Source: Ascidiella aspersa (Eukaryota). From it: DNA of 64,000 bases. This document shows positions 51,244 to 64,000 of the stretch, one piece after another. Below the pieces are notes generated by a model, which saw only the letters and a program-made list of their open reading frames with translations, was not told the DNA's origin and searched no databases. Both the position numbers and the translations under genes were made by a program. Where the stretch lies: positions 22,692,001-22,756,000 of the forward strand of contig OZ004611.1 of NCBI GenBank assembly GCA_963924565.1. Direction: 5' to 3'. Numbering within the stretch: the first letter of the stretch is position 1; each line of letters opens with the position of its first letter.

Positions 51244-54200
51244 ATGTTTAGTAAACACGTACTAGCTGCCATTGTTATAACAATGATGGACCTTTACACC
51301 TGCAAGGCAACTATACCTCTTGTTGTTAATACTTGGCCGTGGCCACAAGCAAGTGATGCAGGTGAGCATTTAATAGCTGGACACCAATTCAAAATCATGT
51401 TACAGGAAAGAGATGCCAAACCATTTAGATATGTTTAAAGTTTGATTTAGTACTAATTTTTAACAATTTAAAAAAAAAAAAACTTTCTACAGCTTGCAAA
51501 GCCACTTAAAAATAATTGGTTCATCAAAAAGTAAAAACAAAAATTAAAGAATTAGTCACAAATAAGCAAAACTTCTGTTTTTTAGCAAATAAAATGTGTT
51601 GCTGGGTTATTGCTTTTCAAAATAATTATTCATTAAATAATAGTAAATGTCTTGCCCAGTTTGGTTAGTAGAAAAAGGTCCTCTTAAAAATAGGATTTTA
51701 CATTTTTTGAAATTCATACAATTGCAGCATGGAGTGCACTTCAATCCAGCTCATCAGCCACTGATGCAGTAGAGGCAGGTTGCACACAATGTGAGGTGGA
51801 CCAGTGTGATGGCACAGTGGGCTTTGGAGGTTCCCCTGACGAAAATGGGGAAACCACACTTGATGCTATGATAATGGATGGGTATACTGAATTGCTTTTG
51901 GTTAAAAATGCACCATGTTCTAGCCCTAGACAGCCTGGTTACATATCATAAAGAAGTGGTTAATTCCTACTTTTCTTTTTCTTTTAACCATGCTTAATTA
52001 AGCTCTTATCTACCAGATGTACATTTGTACACACATAATCATGACTTAAGTATATTCTCTGTTTTCAAATAAACCATATTTACGGGAGCTTTGTTTTATG
52101 TTATAGTGAACTTTTCACATATGATTGTTTAAATACCCTATAAATTTGTAAAATCAACATGCTAAAAAATCCTGGTTTAATGCTAAAAAATAAGTAGTTG
52201 CTTCTATTTGAGAAACTGTTTATGATGCATAGAAAGTGTTTCTAGATTTCTGTCATTAAGCATGATGAATAATGCAGATAGTATATTTGTTGAAATAAAA
52301 TTCCATTAATTTAATATAATTTAGGTAGTTTTTATATTACATTTTAGCAGTTGCAAATGCATTTATTGTAGCACAACAATGGATGTTGGAAGTGTCGGGT
52401 GTCTGCGAAGAGTGAAGAATGCCATTGGAGTTGCAAGAAGGGTTTTAGAAAACACAGAGCACACCCTGCTAGTTGGGGAATTGGCCACACAATTTGCAAA
52501 GGAAATGGGATTCAAAGAGGAATCGTTGGGCACAAACAGCTCTCAAAATGTAATAGTAAAGTTTTAGATTTAATTATAAAAATGAAAAAAGTCGACTTAG
52601 TAACCTGTTGTTTTCGGTCGAACTCACCTGCAAATATCAAACCAAAATCGAGTCTAAATACATTCAGGGAGATGGCATCAGAGTTTTTTTTTAAATTAAT
52701 CTCTTTTCTTTTAAAAATTAAATTCAAGTGATAAATTATTCACAAAGATTTTGATTTTACCTTCTTGGACCCCACATCACTTATCAACGTATCCCCAAGG
52801 CATTCGTGGACCCTAGTTAAACAAATGCCTACTTTAGCATGATGACTAACCATAGTCAGTCAAGCACATTTTTCTAACCTGACCTTGCTTGTACTAAAAT
52901 CCATAATAACTGATATTGGTTAGCCGCTAAGCCTAAGGCTTCCAGCATGCTACGATATTTAACATTTTAAAAATCGGATAATTAAATACATTGCAATATA
53001 TACTGTATATCAGCATTCCGAGTGTAAAAAATGTCCCAGTCGAGCCATTTAAAAAAAAAAACTCCAAACCAAGCCATTTTTGAAAGAACTTAAGTCCAAG
53101 TTTAATTATTTTGAATAAATAACAAGTCAAGTTTTTCTCATAAAAATGAATCGTAAAACTATAAAAATGGGTAAATTAGTCTAATTATGAGCAATATCCT
53201 CTATTAAAAAGTAACAAAAACTCAACATACTTCAAGCAAAATGCTTTTCGTGCAAAACTTGAGATAAATAACTCAATTTCATATCATTTCAACCGAAGTC
53301 ATTTGTCGAAAAAAGACTTAAGTCAAGGCAAGTCATTTGTTGAAAGGAGACTTTAGTCATTTCAAGTCATTTGTCCAAAAGACTGAAGTCAAGTGAAGTC
53401 ATTTGCCCAAAAGGCCTATGTGTAGTCAAATCATTTAAAAACTTTGACTTAATTGCACTTAAGTCAAGTCATTAACATTTTTCGATATTTGTGTTTACAG
53501 ACATGGAAGACCTGGCAGGGGAACAACTGCCAGCCCAACTACCGGTTAAACGTGAAGCCGGACCCTAAGACCTCATGCGGACCATACGTCCCTGTGAACA
53601 CCCGTCGGTTCAACTTAAGTTCCTCGAGCGCACTTGGAATCACTCAAAAGAACCACGACACTATAGGCATGGTCGCCATCAACAGCAACGGCAGTGTTGT
53701 GGCCGGTACTTCAACCAACGGACTTGGGCACAAAGTACCAGGGTATTAAGAGTCTGTAACCTATTTAAGTCGGTGAAACTAAAAACGCACCAACATTATG
53801 ACGAACTGCCTAATGTTAAATACCTCGGTTAAAAGGCCGACCAATGTAATTTCGAGTATTGGTTGCATTAACATTTTGACAATTGGTATTCAATCACTAT
53901 CTGGGACAAATCGGCAGTCCTTCTTAGGTCCACATTAATTCACTAACATTTTAAATATCGGGTTGGTTACGCGAATAAAAACCCAAATAAAATTTTCTTT
54001 AACATTTAAAAATCACATTTGAATATAAATATCTATGTAAAAAATGCAGACGTATAAAATTGTGACCTTTACATCGACAGCTTAAATTTACGTTAGTAAG
54101 TTTAAACTAGCTATAAAAAAAAAAAACTCGGTGTGAACCCAATTCATATAAACTTCTGTTTAACTTAATATAAAAACGTGGACATTTGTGTGAATAACAA

Positions 54201-56122
54201 AAAGTATCCCCATAAAAGTTTTTCAAAGATGGCATTTGCATTGCAGACGCGTTGGGGATTCCCCTATCGCTGGAGCGGGCGCTTATGCTGATGACAGTGT
54301 AGGAGCCGCGGTTGCCACGGGAGATGGTGACGTCATGATGAGGTTTCTGCCATCCTATCAGGTAAACTTGGTTTGTGGGTGCGCTATGACCCCGGTTTTG
54401 AGGGCATAAAGGTTTGATAATATTTTAAGCGATTATCTGGTCTTGACTGACTTGACTTGACTCAAGTCTCCGACTAATGACTTGACTTGACTTAAGTCTT
54501 TTGGACATATGACTTTGGTTAAAATCGTTTTAAAATGACTAGTTTACAACACTGCATGCGTAAGTAAGCTTAGTGTTATTCAGTTAATATACTTTTAGGA
54601 GTGCAAATATAATTTCAAACATCGTAAGGTTTCTTTCTGAAGCGTACACAGACCAGATACGTTTTTAAATCAAAGATTATGTATGCGTCGTCAAGATGGA
54701 AAATCAGTTCACCTTTTCTCCACTAAAACGCGTTGTCGCATATAGCGTTCCTGAAGTCAATTAAGAGTAAAGCGAAAATTAGGATTTGACCTGATACATT
54801 CAACACTTGTTCAGATTGTTGAATCGATGAGAAACGGCCTCACCCCTATCGTGGCTGCTCAAAACGCCTTGGATCGCATTCTCAAGCACTATCCCAAATT
54901 CAGCGGCGCCCTGATCGGTGTACGCAACGACGGACAAATAGGTGACACACGAAAGTTAATTTACGCCGCTCTGTTAATATTCGTCGTGTACATTTTATCC
55001 TCTACTGCAGGGGTTCCTAAACTTTGTTTACCACAAACCCCTAAAAAAGTTTTTTGCCTCGCGTGGACCACGTTAGACAAAAAAATTAAAAATGACGTCA
55101 TGTGAAAGTGAAATGGAGTCTTAATGCATTCAGTGCAAAACCGTTTTGTTTTTGTTCTTTGATCAATATTACTTCTTAATTATACACTAATATTTCGATT
55201 GGGCTTTCATGGACCCCTCAAAACTAGCTTACGGGCCCCCAAGTGGTCAATGGTCCCCATTTATGGACTTCAAACGTAATCAAACGTAAAACCACAGGAT
55301 TTACCAAAGGTAGAAATACAAAGTGTACCAATTTTATTTTTTTAGTATTTTTAAACAGAGTGAGTGTAACTGGACTCGAAAGCAAAATGCGATTTATTAT
55401 TCTAATGATTAGCTCGTGAGAAAATCTTCCCTTTTTCTTTTACATAAAACGTCACTTATCCTACCGCCAATTAGTTTTTTTTTCCGGAAAAAATCAACAT
55501 TTAGACGTTTTCTCTACCTCTTACCTTTTTGTTTTAAGCAGCGAGGAAGCATTGCAATTAAGACACATATTAAAAAAATGTTTTTTAAATTTTTATTCGG
55601 CATCGAAAACGCATTTTTTGAGAGGACGATTCCTATTTGTTTGTTCATTTTTAGCACAGTGCTTGTCAACCTTTTTCAGAACAGTACACACTTTTACGTT
55701 TACTGAGGAAATTGTATACTCCCTCCCGGTCCACGCAATGCACTGCAATTATAGAAGCATAAACCCCGTTTTACTGCAAAAAGAACTATTAACCGTTATG
55801 AAGAACTAGTCACCTCCCAATAACGATTATTAAGAAAAATATTTGGTTATGGTGTAACAAATTGAATATATTTCCTACAGACTACTACGCTTACATACAT
55901 GTTGTGCCATGTATTGTACATCTTGTACACCCGATCAATGTGGTACACTCTTTAACAATTCTGGTAGACCCTGGGGTGTACAAAACACCCGGTTGAAAAG
56001 TACTGTTTTAACATACTTCTCCATCCACAGGCGCGGCTTGCACAGGATTTCCCAAGTTCGAGTTTTGCGTGCGAGACAACTCGTCGACCAACACGCAAAT
56101 TCACGCTGTGACCTGTAAGTGA
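51244..56122 (+). CDS. AGA: N(4)-(beta-N-acetylglucosaminyl)-L-asparaginase (lysosomal aspartylglucosaminidase), ~341 aa, 7 exons
   Basis: Exons 51244-51361, 51728-51881, 52372-52549, 53501-53742, 54247-54361, 54815-54941, 56031-56122 (1026 nt). Motifs: signal peptide, [44 protein letters not shown] (autocleavage Thr nucleophile), [36 protein letters not shown]. Confidence 0.95.
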
Positions 56123-56663
56123 TTCGTTCGTTTAAGTTTTTGCGCCGCCACACCTACGCTCTTGCAATCCTTAACTTTTGTTACCGCTTGTTTCGAAGCC
56201 TCAATGTATTTCTTTATAACCACCACGAAAATGTGCTTTTTACAATTTTTTAAATCATTTGTGGACGTTACCCAGGTGGTCAGGACCTTCAATGTGTGCT
56301 ACAATTTTATTGCGAAAACGACAGATTAATCGTTTAGTTAACGATAAGGATGATTGACAAAATATAAAGATTGACAAATGCATTTAGGGATTTGACAAAT
56401 CTATATCTCTAATTTGAAAAAAAATAGTGAGGTCAATTGGTCATTCAGAATGGAGTTTTTAAAGTTATTTTGTAAGTATTTTTTGGAATTAAATGCAAAT
56501 TTTACCCCAAACATCTGTTTTTTAGAAATTATTTAACGCAAATAAATCTGCTTTTAGAATTTGTTAAATTAAGTCGTGGCGAATTTTACTGTTTGTTTGT
56601 TTTTGATCTTGAAAATTTGCGTAGTTTCTGATCTAGAAAATTTAATTTTTGTTTATGCTAAAG

Positions 56664-57004
56664 CAAGGCTTCCAACCATTTTTCAGTTCGCGACCCACTT
56701 TTAATGCAAGTTTTATTGTGCCACCCACAATGAAATATGACCAAAGTGTTTAGTAATAATTTTATATTTGAACAGTTAACCTGACATCTTTATTAATGGC
56801 GTACGTACTAAGACAATTAATGCGACAAAACACATCTAATTGTTACGTATTTGTTACATTGTTGCATAAATGTTACGTAATGATAATAATGCAATAATTT
56901 CCCGATCTAATAGAAAACTGTAACATTTAGAGATGCTTTGCGACTCACCTGAAATAGCTTCGCGACCTTCCAATGGGTCGCGCCCCACTGGTTGGAAAGC
57001 ACTG
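56664..57004. mobile_element. hAT MITE (cgcgaccc family)
   Basis: Termini caaggcttccaacca / tggttggaaagcactg; TSD tgctaaag/cgctaaag (7/8). The subterminal agcttcgcgacc is shared with the autonomous element (~50208). Confidence 0.75.
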
Positions 57005-58051
57005 CGCTAAAGGTGCAAAGTTAGAAATACTTACCAAATCGTAAGGCGCCCTAAAAATGTTTAAAATAATTGTTTTCGGCTATTTTGTGCAATACCTATT
57101 AATAGTGTATTTGTGTGACTTAAAAGTGAAATCCTTGCTCTACATTTTCCTCCTACAGGGTTTTGTTTTGTGATGTGATTCGTTTTACCAACTTATTTCC
57201 TGCGTGATTTTATTGATTCAACCCTTGTATTACTTAACCGTGCCGTAAGAATGTTATACAACAACCCGTTTCGCGCGGCGGCGGCAAATTTTGCCAAATC
57301 CGAGATTAATCCGCCCTTTCTTCTAGGGCGATTATTTTCTTACTTTCAATAAAGACACTGTCAAAGCCTCGTGTTTTGTGCCGAGCAGTTTGTCAGATGC
57401 AGCAGCGTAACGTCAAATAAACCGGCCCTCTTCGGGATTAGCCTGTCCTGGCCAGCTGAAAGGTTGTCATCCAACCAGGGCGAAGCGTTTTGCATTTGTC
57501 GTGAGTCTTCATCGTCATATTCTGCTCGGTATTTTCGGGACAGAAAAAGAGACTAACGTTTAGTTTCAGTTTGCCGGTGACCGCGCCAGCACGCCTTGCA
57601 AAATAACAAAGTGAGATTTAACAACGTAGGAAATTAAACCCATTGGAAACTCTAATTATTTAACTGTAGCGTAGGACAGAGTTCTATTATTTAAATACAA
57701 AGAACTGGTTTTGTACAGATAGTAGGTCTACTCATAGTTTAACAAAAGAGAATCTTAAAAGGTGTATATTTATATGACATTGTAAGTTAGTCAACACAGG
57801 AAATAGTTTTAGTAAAACTATACCTAACGTTAAAACTGGCTAAATAAAGTAACCATGCAGGTAAAACAATTTAAGGTTCAAACAAATATTAATTTGCTAA
57901 TTTTTTTACAGCACCGCGTTTAAACCACGAGTAAAGCTTTGCCTAATTTTTGCGATCTTGAGCTCACGCGAGAAGTACAAAACGTTGCCCAACTGCGTTT
58001 TGGCGCACAGACTGTTGTTTTTGCTAACCGTTCAGCAAGGAGCCTGACACC

Positions 58052-61000
58052 ATGTACGGCCTCTTACTGGAAAGCATAGTGGACTGCATACACGAAGAAT
58101 GGGGAGAAGGCGTTTGGATGCAGCTCGTACAAGAAATGGGAATTGACAGCGTCGGTTTTTCCGTGCACAACGTGAGTGTTTATTGAAAAAAATATTTAAA
58201 TCGTATTTTCAAGGTTGCATAGCTTGTCCTTTGCTGTTGAACAACTGCATCAAGAATCCGGGATAAAAATTCCCGTAGTAAAATCAAATAAAAAGTTAAT
58301 TCAAAAATCATAATATCAAGATTTTTACATAAAATCCATCTTTTGGTTTGTTTTTGCAACACGTACATGTAACTCTTAAAAACCTTTTTGTTGATTTTTC
58401 ACACATTGCAACAACTGTGCTTACCGCCGCCATCATGTAGAAAGCGCAGCGGGAAACAATGTAAAAATCATCGGAATCATGACCCTTTGCTATTAACATG
58501 TATAGTTAGACCTATTTTCAATTGCAAATTACCCAAGTTTATCATTGATTACCAGTCGTTAAGGTTATAATAAGATGCGTAAAATCTACACAGATAAAAT
58601 GTAACGGCTCGCAGCGAAACTCAGAGTTTGGTTTTGGCCCGCGAGAAATAAGGCCCATACCTGACCTAAACAATCTGGTTTGTTGCAAACGAACACTCTA
58701 ACAACCTCAGCAAATCAATCAATTATTTTTTTCTATTTGGTGCTAAATTATGTGCCAATTGTGCCCGCTAATCGTTTTGTATTGTTAAGGTTTACGAAGA
58801 AACCCTGGTGCCCTTTATTGCCCAACATTTGTCGAAAATTCTGCAGATTACCGAGGATGTTATCATGTACAAGGTAATCAAGTCGGACCTTGACGTGAAT
58901 TTGCATTAAAAATAACAATAAGATGGGATATACAAGGCTAGCAGACTTAACAAGTTAACAAATATTTATTGATGATTTTATCTGAACTATACCGCTGTTT
59001 TTTAGTATAATAGATGCACTAATTTCATACACGATAAATATTATAAATTCGGCGTAAAAAAGTGATATATAACAAAGCAGTTATATTTTAAATCTTCGTT
59101 AATATTACAGAAAATATTTGCTGGTAACAAATATAATGTCTTTTGCAGTTTGGCGGCCATTTTATGACCTTCGTGTCGAGTTATGGGTACGACCAAATCA
59201 CCAGGGTTCTAGGACGGCGACTCTGCGATTTCATCAACGGACTCGACAATTTACACGACTACATCAGCAACCTTTACAAGGATATAAAGCCGCCCAGGTT
59301 TAATAAGAACACATTTTTTAATCAGTCGATAGGACCTGGATAAATACATTTTATCGTCACACGACGCTTCGTTTTTTATTAAACCTTACACTACATTTTG
59401 TGTTACCGATGCTAAAAAACATGGGTTTACCAGGCAAAGTGTTTCACATTCATGTGGGGATCGTTCTGTTATTTTTCAAGTTGTGAAATTGCGTCGCATA
59501 AGCTTTTTTGTCTAAAAAATGGTGAAACATAAAAAAATATAGGCTACAATATCCGAAGGATAGAAATCCAAATGTCACAATATGGGGTTGTTAGAATGTA
59601 CGGCTTTTATTTTTTTATTTTTCAAGTAAAATCGGCTTTTTTAATTACATATTCATTTATTAGGAAAATTAATAAAACGTTGACACAATGTTAACAAATG
59701 CGTTGTTAAGCTGAGATTTTTGTCGTTTACCACAAACGCAACTCCAGTCATAATGTAGACCAATGGTGTTTTTTTTACTTTCGAATAGCTCCCCAACTTA
59801 AACCATTTTAACGTTTTTCTGTGAGTGATTATTACGAAAAAAACATACCGAATCCCCAACAGTTACCTTTCCTTTGTTTTCAACATACACGTTTTACTGT
59901 TTTAAAGTAGTTTTCCTTAATTTGCGTCCGAAACGGCTAAAATCGTGATTACTGTTAAAATAGAGCACATAGCTTCCAGTGGAGCGGCAAATTGAATAGT
60001 TAGTTCAAATCGCCTATTTGCAGTTAACCTACAAAAAAGGGTACCCGGCAAACGTTTTATCTAGCTAGGTCGCTAAGAAACTATGGATTGTGCTGGTAAC
60101 CTGCTTTCGTACACAGCTTTTACGTGGAAACCGAAGACAATACAGGCATCACCTTCCACTACAATACGCCACGAAAGTACGTGGGCTACATACACTACGT
60201 GCGCGGCATCGTAAAAGCGGCCGCCGTTATGTACTTCAACCTGCCAGACGCCAGCGTTGAGGTGCTGAAGCAGGAAAAAGTGGGAGAAGTCACACACGCC
60301 GTTCTCAGGTTCGCTATGATGGTGACAGACCTTATAAAACCGCGTTTCTGCGGCGGAAACATTTCGATCAACAAAGATATAGGCCGTCACGTTGATGGAG
60401 TACAAAACGAGTTGTTATTAATACGTGTTGGGATTTTGTTTTATATTAACTATATTTTTATGCATAACCGGTTCGACATGGCAAATCAGGTTTCACAGAA
60501 GTAATATATGTACAATTTCTATGATTGCAATATTTGCTTTGACCTGTATCTTACAATTTTTCCAAAGTTTGCCGAACTTTTCCAAAATTTTACTGTCTTA
60601 CCGGTACAAAACGTGTTCGCCTATATTTTAAATGATCTGTTTTGGGAGACAAAAGTATTACTTTACAATACCGAAATTGATGGGCAAAAACTGTTTTGTG
60701 AGGCAAAGAAAACTATTGCACTGTTTGCCCAGTCATCTATTTTGGGGGTCAAGGTTCGTCTTTATTTTTATAATTTTTTATAGTTCTTTATTTTTTATAA
60801 TTATAATAGTTTTATTTTTATAAAACTATTATATCAAATGACATTTTCCTACATGTTTTAAGTTGATTGTGTTGTTCCAGTTACATTTGTAGTGACATTC
60901 CTGTAAAATACTAAACGAAAAAAATCCAAAAATCTATTTATTATTTTTGAGGGGTGCCGTAAGCCATAAAAGGTTGAGAACCACTACCCTATACCCTAAA

Positions 61001-63875
61001 CTAGGCCGTTAATAATGCTTGACGTTTCGACAGATTAACGTTTCAAAACTGCTCGGTCGACCAGCAGGGCTCGTGGATGCCAGCCCTGGCCAAGCTTCGC
61101 TCAGTTACACCCGTCATCATCAACAGCGACGTCGTCTTCAACTCCTTTCCTTTCTCAATTATTTTCAGTCAGGTAATGTGTTTGATTGCCGGTATTGTAA
61201 ACAAGTGATTTTGAAATGGCTTCAGTTCCAGTAAAGTCATTTGTTAAATAACTTAAATAAAAGTAAGTATTTTTGAATAAATAACAAGTCAAGTCCTAGT
61301 CCAAGTCAAGTCATAATTTGAACAAGTCAACTTCAAGTCACGTCCTTGTCATAAAAAAAATAAACGTTAAACAATTGGAATTGTTAAACTCGGCAACGAT
61401 TATTATTCAGTCAGTAAGTATTAAATGAGTAATACTGGGATTCGCGTTTATTAACTTAGTATTGCCAATAGGCAAACGACGTTGTATTTGTTCTTTAAAT
61501 AAAAACTATAGCTTTATTTCTATCGCTTGTTTTTTTCTGTGTAGAACATGGAGGTATTGACCTGTGGAGCAGGAGTGGTTAAAACCTTTCCGACACTCAT
61601 AGGCAAGAAGATAACCGAGTTTTTTGTGCTCACGAAACCAATCGGAATGCCCCTGTCCTGGGCCTTTGTAAGTCTTTTTTTTTTCTTTTTTTCACAATCG
61701 CTAAGCAACTATAACGTATGACGATTTTATCGCTAAGGCTTTGTGCATCTAGTTAGTAATCAGACTTTTTTTTTTTTTTTTTAATGAGCTAACTAATTTT
61801 ACTTTCTTGAAATCTTGGTGGACCCAATCTATGTTTTAAACAAGAAACTTTGCAAACGTTTTTTACAATAGTTACTCTAACATTCCAATTAATACCCATA
61901 GAAAATATACTGAACACAAGCTACTCAGACATCTTGAAACATCCTCATGGATAGAGAAGCCTACACTCCCCAGTTGCAGAAACACTGTGTTAGATAATAT
62001 AAACGTTATCGGGTGGTTATTTTACAGAAGAGTTGCAATGATTTTTAACTATAACACAAATAATTTTTCGATAGATGAAAAATCGACCGGTAAATGTGCT
62101 GGTAGAACTCACATCGACGGTCGCTCTCTGGGCAGAATACGAGGAATATCTACGTTCGCAAGGTAGGCTACTGACAGTGTTATAAGTCCAAGTCAAGTCA
62201 TTCATTAATCAACTTACGTTCAAGTCCAGTCTTTTCGAATGAATAACAAGTCACGTCCTAGCTAGTTCTAGACATCGGTTGTCCAAGTCAAGTCATAATT
62301 AGAGCAAGTCACTTCAAGTCACGTCCTTGTCTTAAAAATAAAACTTTAAACTATTAAAACTGATAAACTCGTCCGATTGTTATCAAGCAATTTTGCTCAT
62401 AAGACTTAAGTCAATTAAGTCATTCGAAAACTGTGACTTTAGTGCCAGTCAAGTCTTCGACTTAGGTCGTTACAACAGTGACTGCTGGCGAAATGGGTTT
62501 ATTGGATTACTCACGGTCTTGTATCATCTAATATCGCAACATAAGGAAAAATTATCGTAACATATTCGCATAAAATTGCTTACCACTTGGTTGGTTAAAG
62601 TTCTTTGTTTTTATCGCTCAATTACCCAAGTATGGCGGCTTTTCGTTAAAAAATAACAGACACACATGCTTTCCCCTTTTTCCGTTCTATGTTTAAACTA
62701 TGAACTTAGTCACTTTAAAATAATGTGTAATAGGGTTGCATAGCTGTACCGATCGTTTGAAATAGCAGTATCACAATGCGAAACATAGCCTATAGCGGTG
62801 ATTGTCAACCTTTTATGGCTTATGGCACCCCTCAAACATAATAAATAGATTTTCGGCACCCCGACTGGCGCTTTCGTTCTGTATTTTTACTGAAATGTCA
62901 CTACAAACGGAACTGGGACAACACAGTCAACTTAAAACATGTGGGAAAGTGTCATTTGACATAATGGTCTCTTATTGTACACAAATAGTTATATCAAGAG
63001 GCTTACACATTGAGCAAAAATCAGATTCTTCAAAATTTTCAAATACCCATTGGCACCATTGTGCATTAGAAATCAAACACCAGAGCGCCACGGCACCCTG
63101 GTGTAGAACCATTTGCCTATAGTATAGGTTTCCAACTGATCGAACCAGTGCTGTTGCCTGCTTGCAGAAATTCTGGATCCTGAGCATCCGCCGCCTCCAC
63201 CCAAGCAAAGAGACAACTCCGTGTCGCTCAAACTTCGCGGCACCGCTGCCTTCCTCAAGAGCTGGAACGCCGTGATCTTCATGTGCACTCCCGTGTAAGA
63301 TGTGGTTGCTTTTAAACTAAGACCACAATGTCTGTTCTGTTATGACTGTTTCCAGTGTTGTAAACCAGAAATTTTGAAATGACTTAATTAAGTCCAAGTC
63401 AAGTCATTTTGAATAAATGACAAGTCAAGTCCCAGTCAAGTCGTAATTAAATAAGAGCAAGTCAATTTCACGTCAAGTCCCTTTCTCTGCGGCGTAGTGC
63501 ACAAGTCATTGACTTAAGTCATTACAAAACTTCTAGAAAATGTTACTCATTTACCTGTGTCTATCTACATTAACTCAAGTGTTATGCTCCTCAGTCTTGT
63601 ATTACCAATATTAGGTATCTATCGCAAAAATAACGCGATTTTGCTCACCTTTTTGCCTACAACCGCCGATTAAAAATATCTTTACCAATTTTTTTTTTAA
63701 AGCGGACCATAACTGACTTGTCTGTTTTGTGTTTGTCGCGATCAGGTTTGAAAAGATGAGCGTGATGAAAGATGTGGGACTCTACATCAGCGATCTTAGT
63801 TTCCAAGACTCGTTGCAGATGTTCCTCATGGCAGGGCCGCAGCAGTCCGCTGAGTTAAAGATGGCTTTTGACATG
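58052..63875 (+). CDS. Atypical soluble guanylate cyclase, Gyc88E-like (H-NOX + PAS/HNOBA; 5' part, continues beyond window)
   Basis: Exons 58052-58171, 58790-58873, 59149-59297, 60117-60308, 61034-61172, 61545-61667, 62075-62162, 63168-63294, 63746-63875, with consistent phases. Motifs: MYGLLLE, YGYD..RVLGR..DFINGLDNLHDY (haem His), PPSF, HYNTPR, FPFSIIF, LKLRG..FMCTP, GLYISDLS..D, AGPQQSAELK. The catalytic domain is not in the window. Confidence 0.88.
62796..63115. mobile_element. Degenerate hAT MITE (ggcaccc family)
   Basis: Left end cggtgattgtcaacct, repeated ggcaccc, flanked on both sides by cctatag. Confidence 0.5.
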
Positions 63876-64000
63876 GTAATTTAACTCTTTTCAACGTCTG
63901 GATCGGTTTGTTCGACTATTTTGCCAAACTTTGGTTAGTATTCACCGAATTTTGCCTAGCCCATGTTTTTCGTAACCTGCTTTGCTCATTTGCTAGACTT

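Noticed and set aside
53280-53472. CRISPR-like or satellite interpretation of AAGTC arrays
   Set aside because: The context is eukaryotic, spacing is irregular, and the arrays lie within TIR/TSD-bounded MITEs.

Overview
AT-rich, intron-rich animal genomic DNA. The gene content (a chordate-type ABCB11 next to an invertebrate-type Gyc88E-like cyclase) and compact introns suggest a tunicate/ascidian, which is inferred and not proven. Five genes were assembled by hand from GT-AG exon chains with consistent phases. (1) Minus strand: a signal peptide-EGF-ZP-furin-TM protein (1208-7621, 9 exons, ~453 aa). (2) A 32-exon ABCB11/BSEP-like full ABC transporter (15579-40326, ~1399 aa). (3) An intronless ferrochelatase (41878-43062). 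(4) An intact 7-exon aspartylglucosaminidase (51244-56122), preceded by a decayed partial tandem copy (43960-45870). (5) The 5' part of a Gyc88E-like atypical soluble guanylate cyclase (58052 to beyond the window end). The window also holds a full-length but disabled Buster-type hAT transposon with perfect TIRs and TSD, many hAT MITEs, Penelope-like hammerhead remnants, a tiny poly(A) retro-insertion scar and long hairpins. The best candidate for an undescribed system is a BSEP orthologue with a non-vertebrate version of the degenerate ATP site (natural Walker B E->Q plus LSRGQ) and a candidate FXR-type IR1 + TATA promoter. The second is a haem-related neighbourhood: intronless FECH near an H-NOX cyclase carrying the O2-binding distal Tyr. 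Most short ORFs in the supplied track are spurious or are exon fragments.
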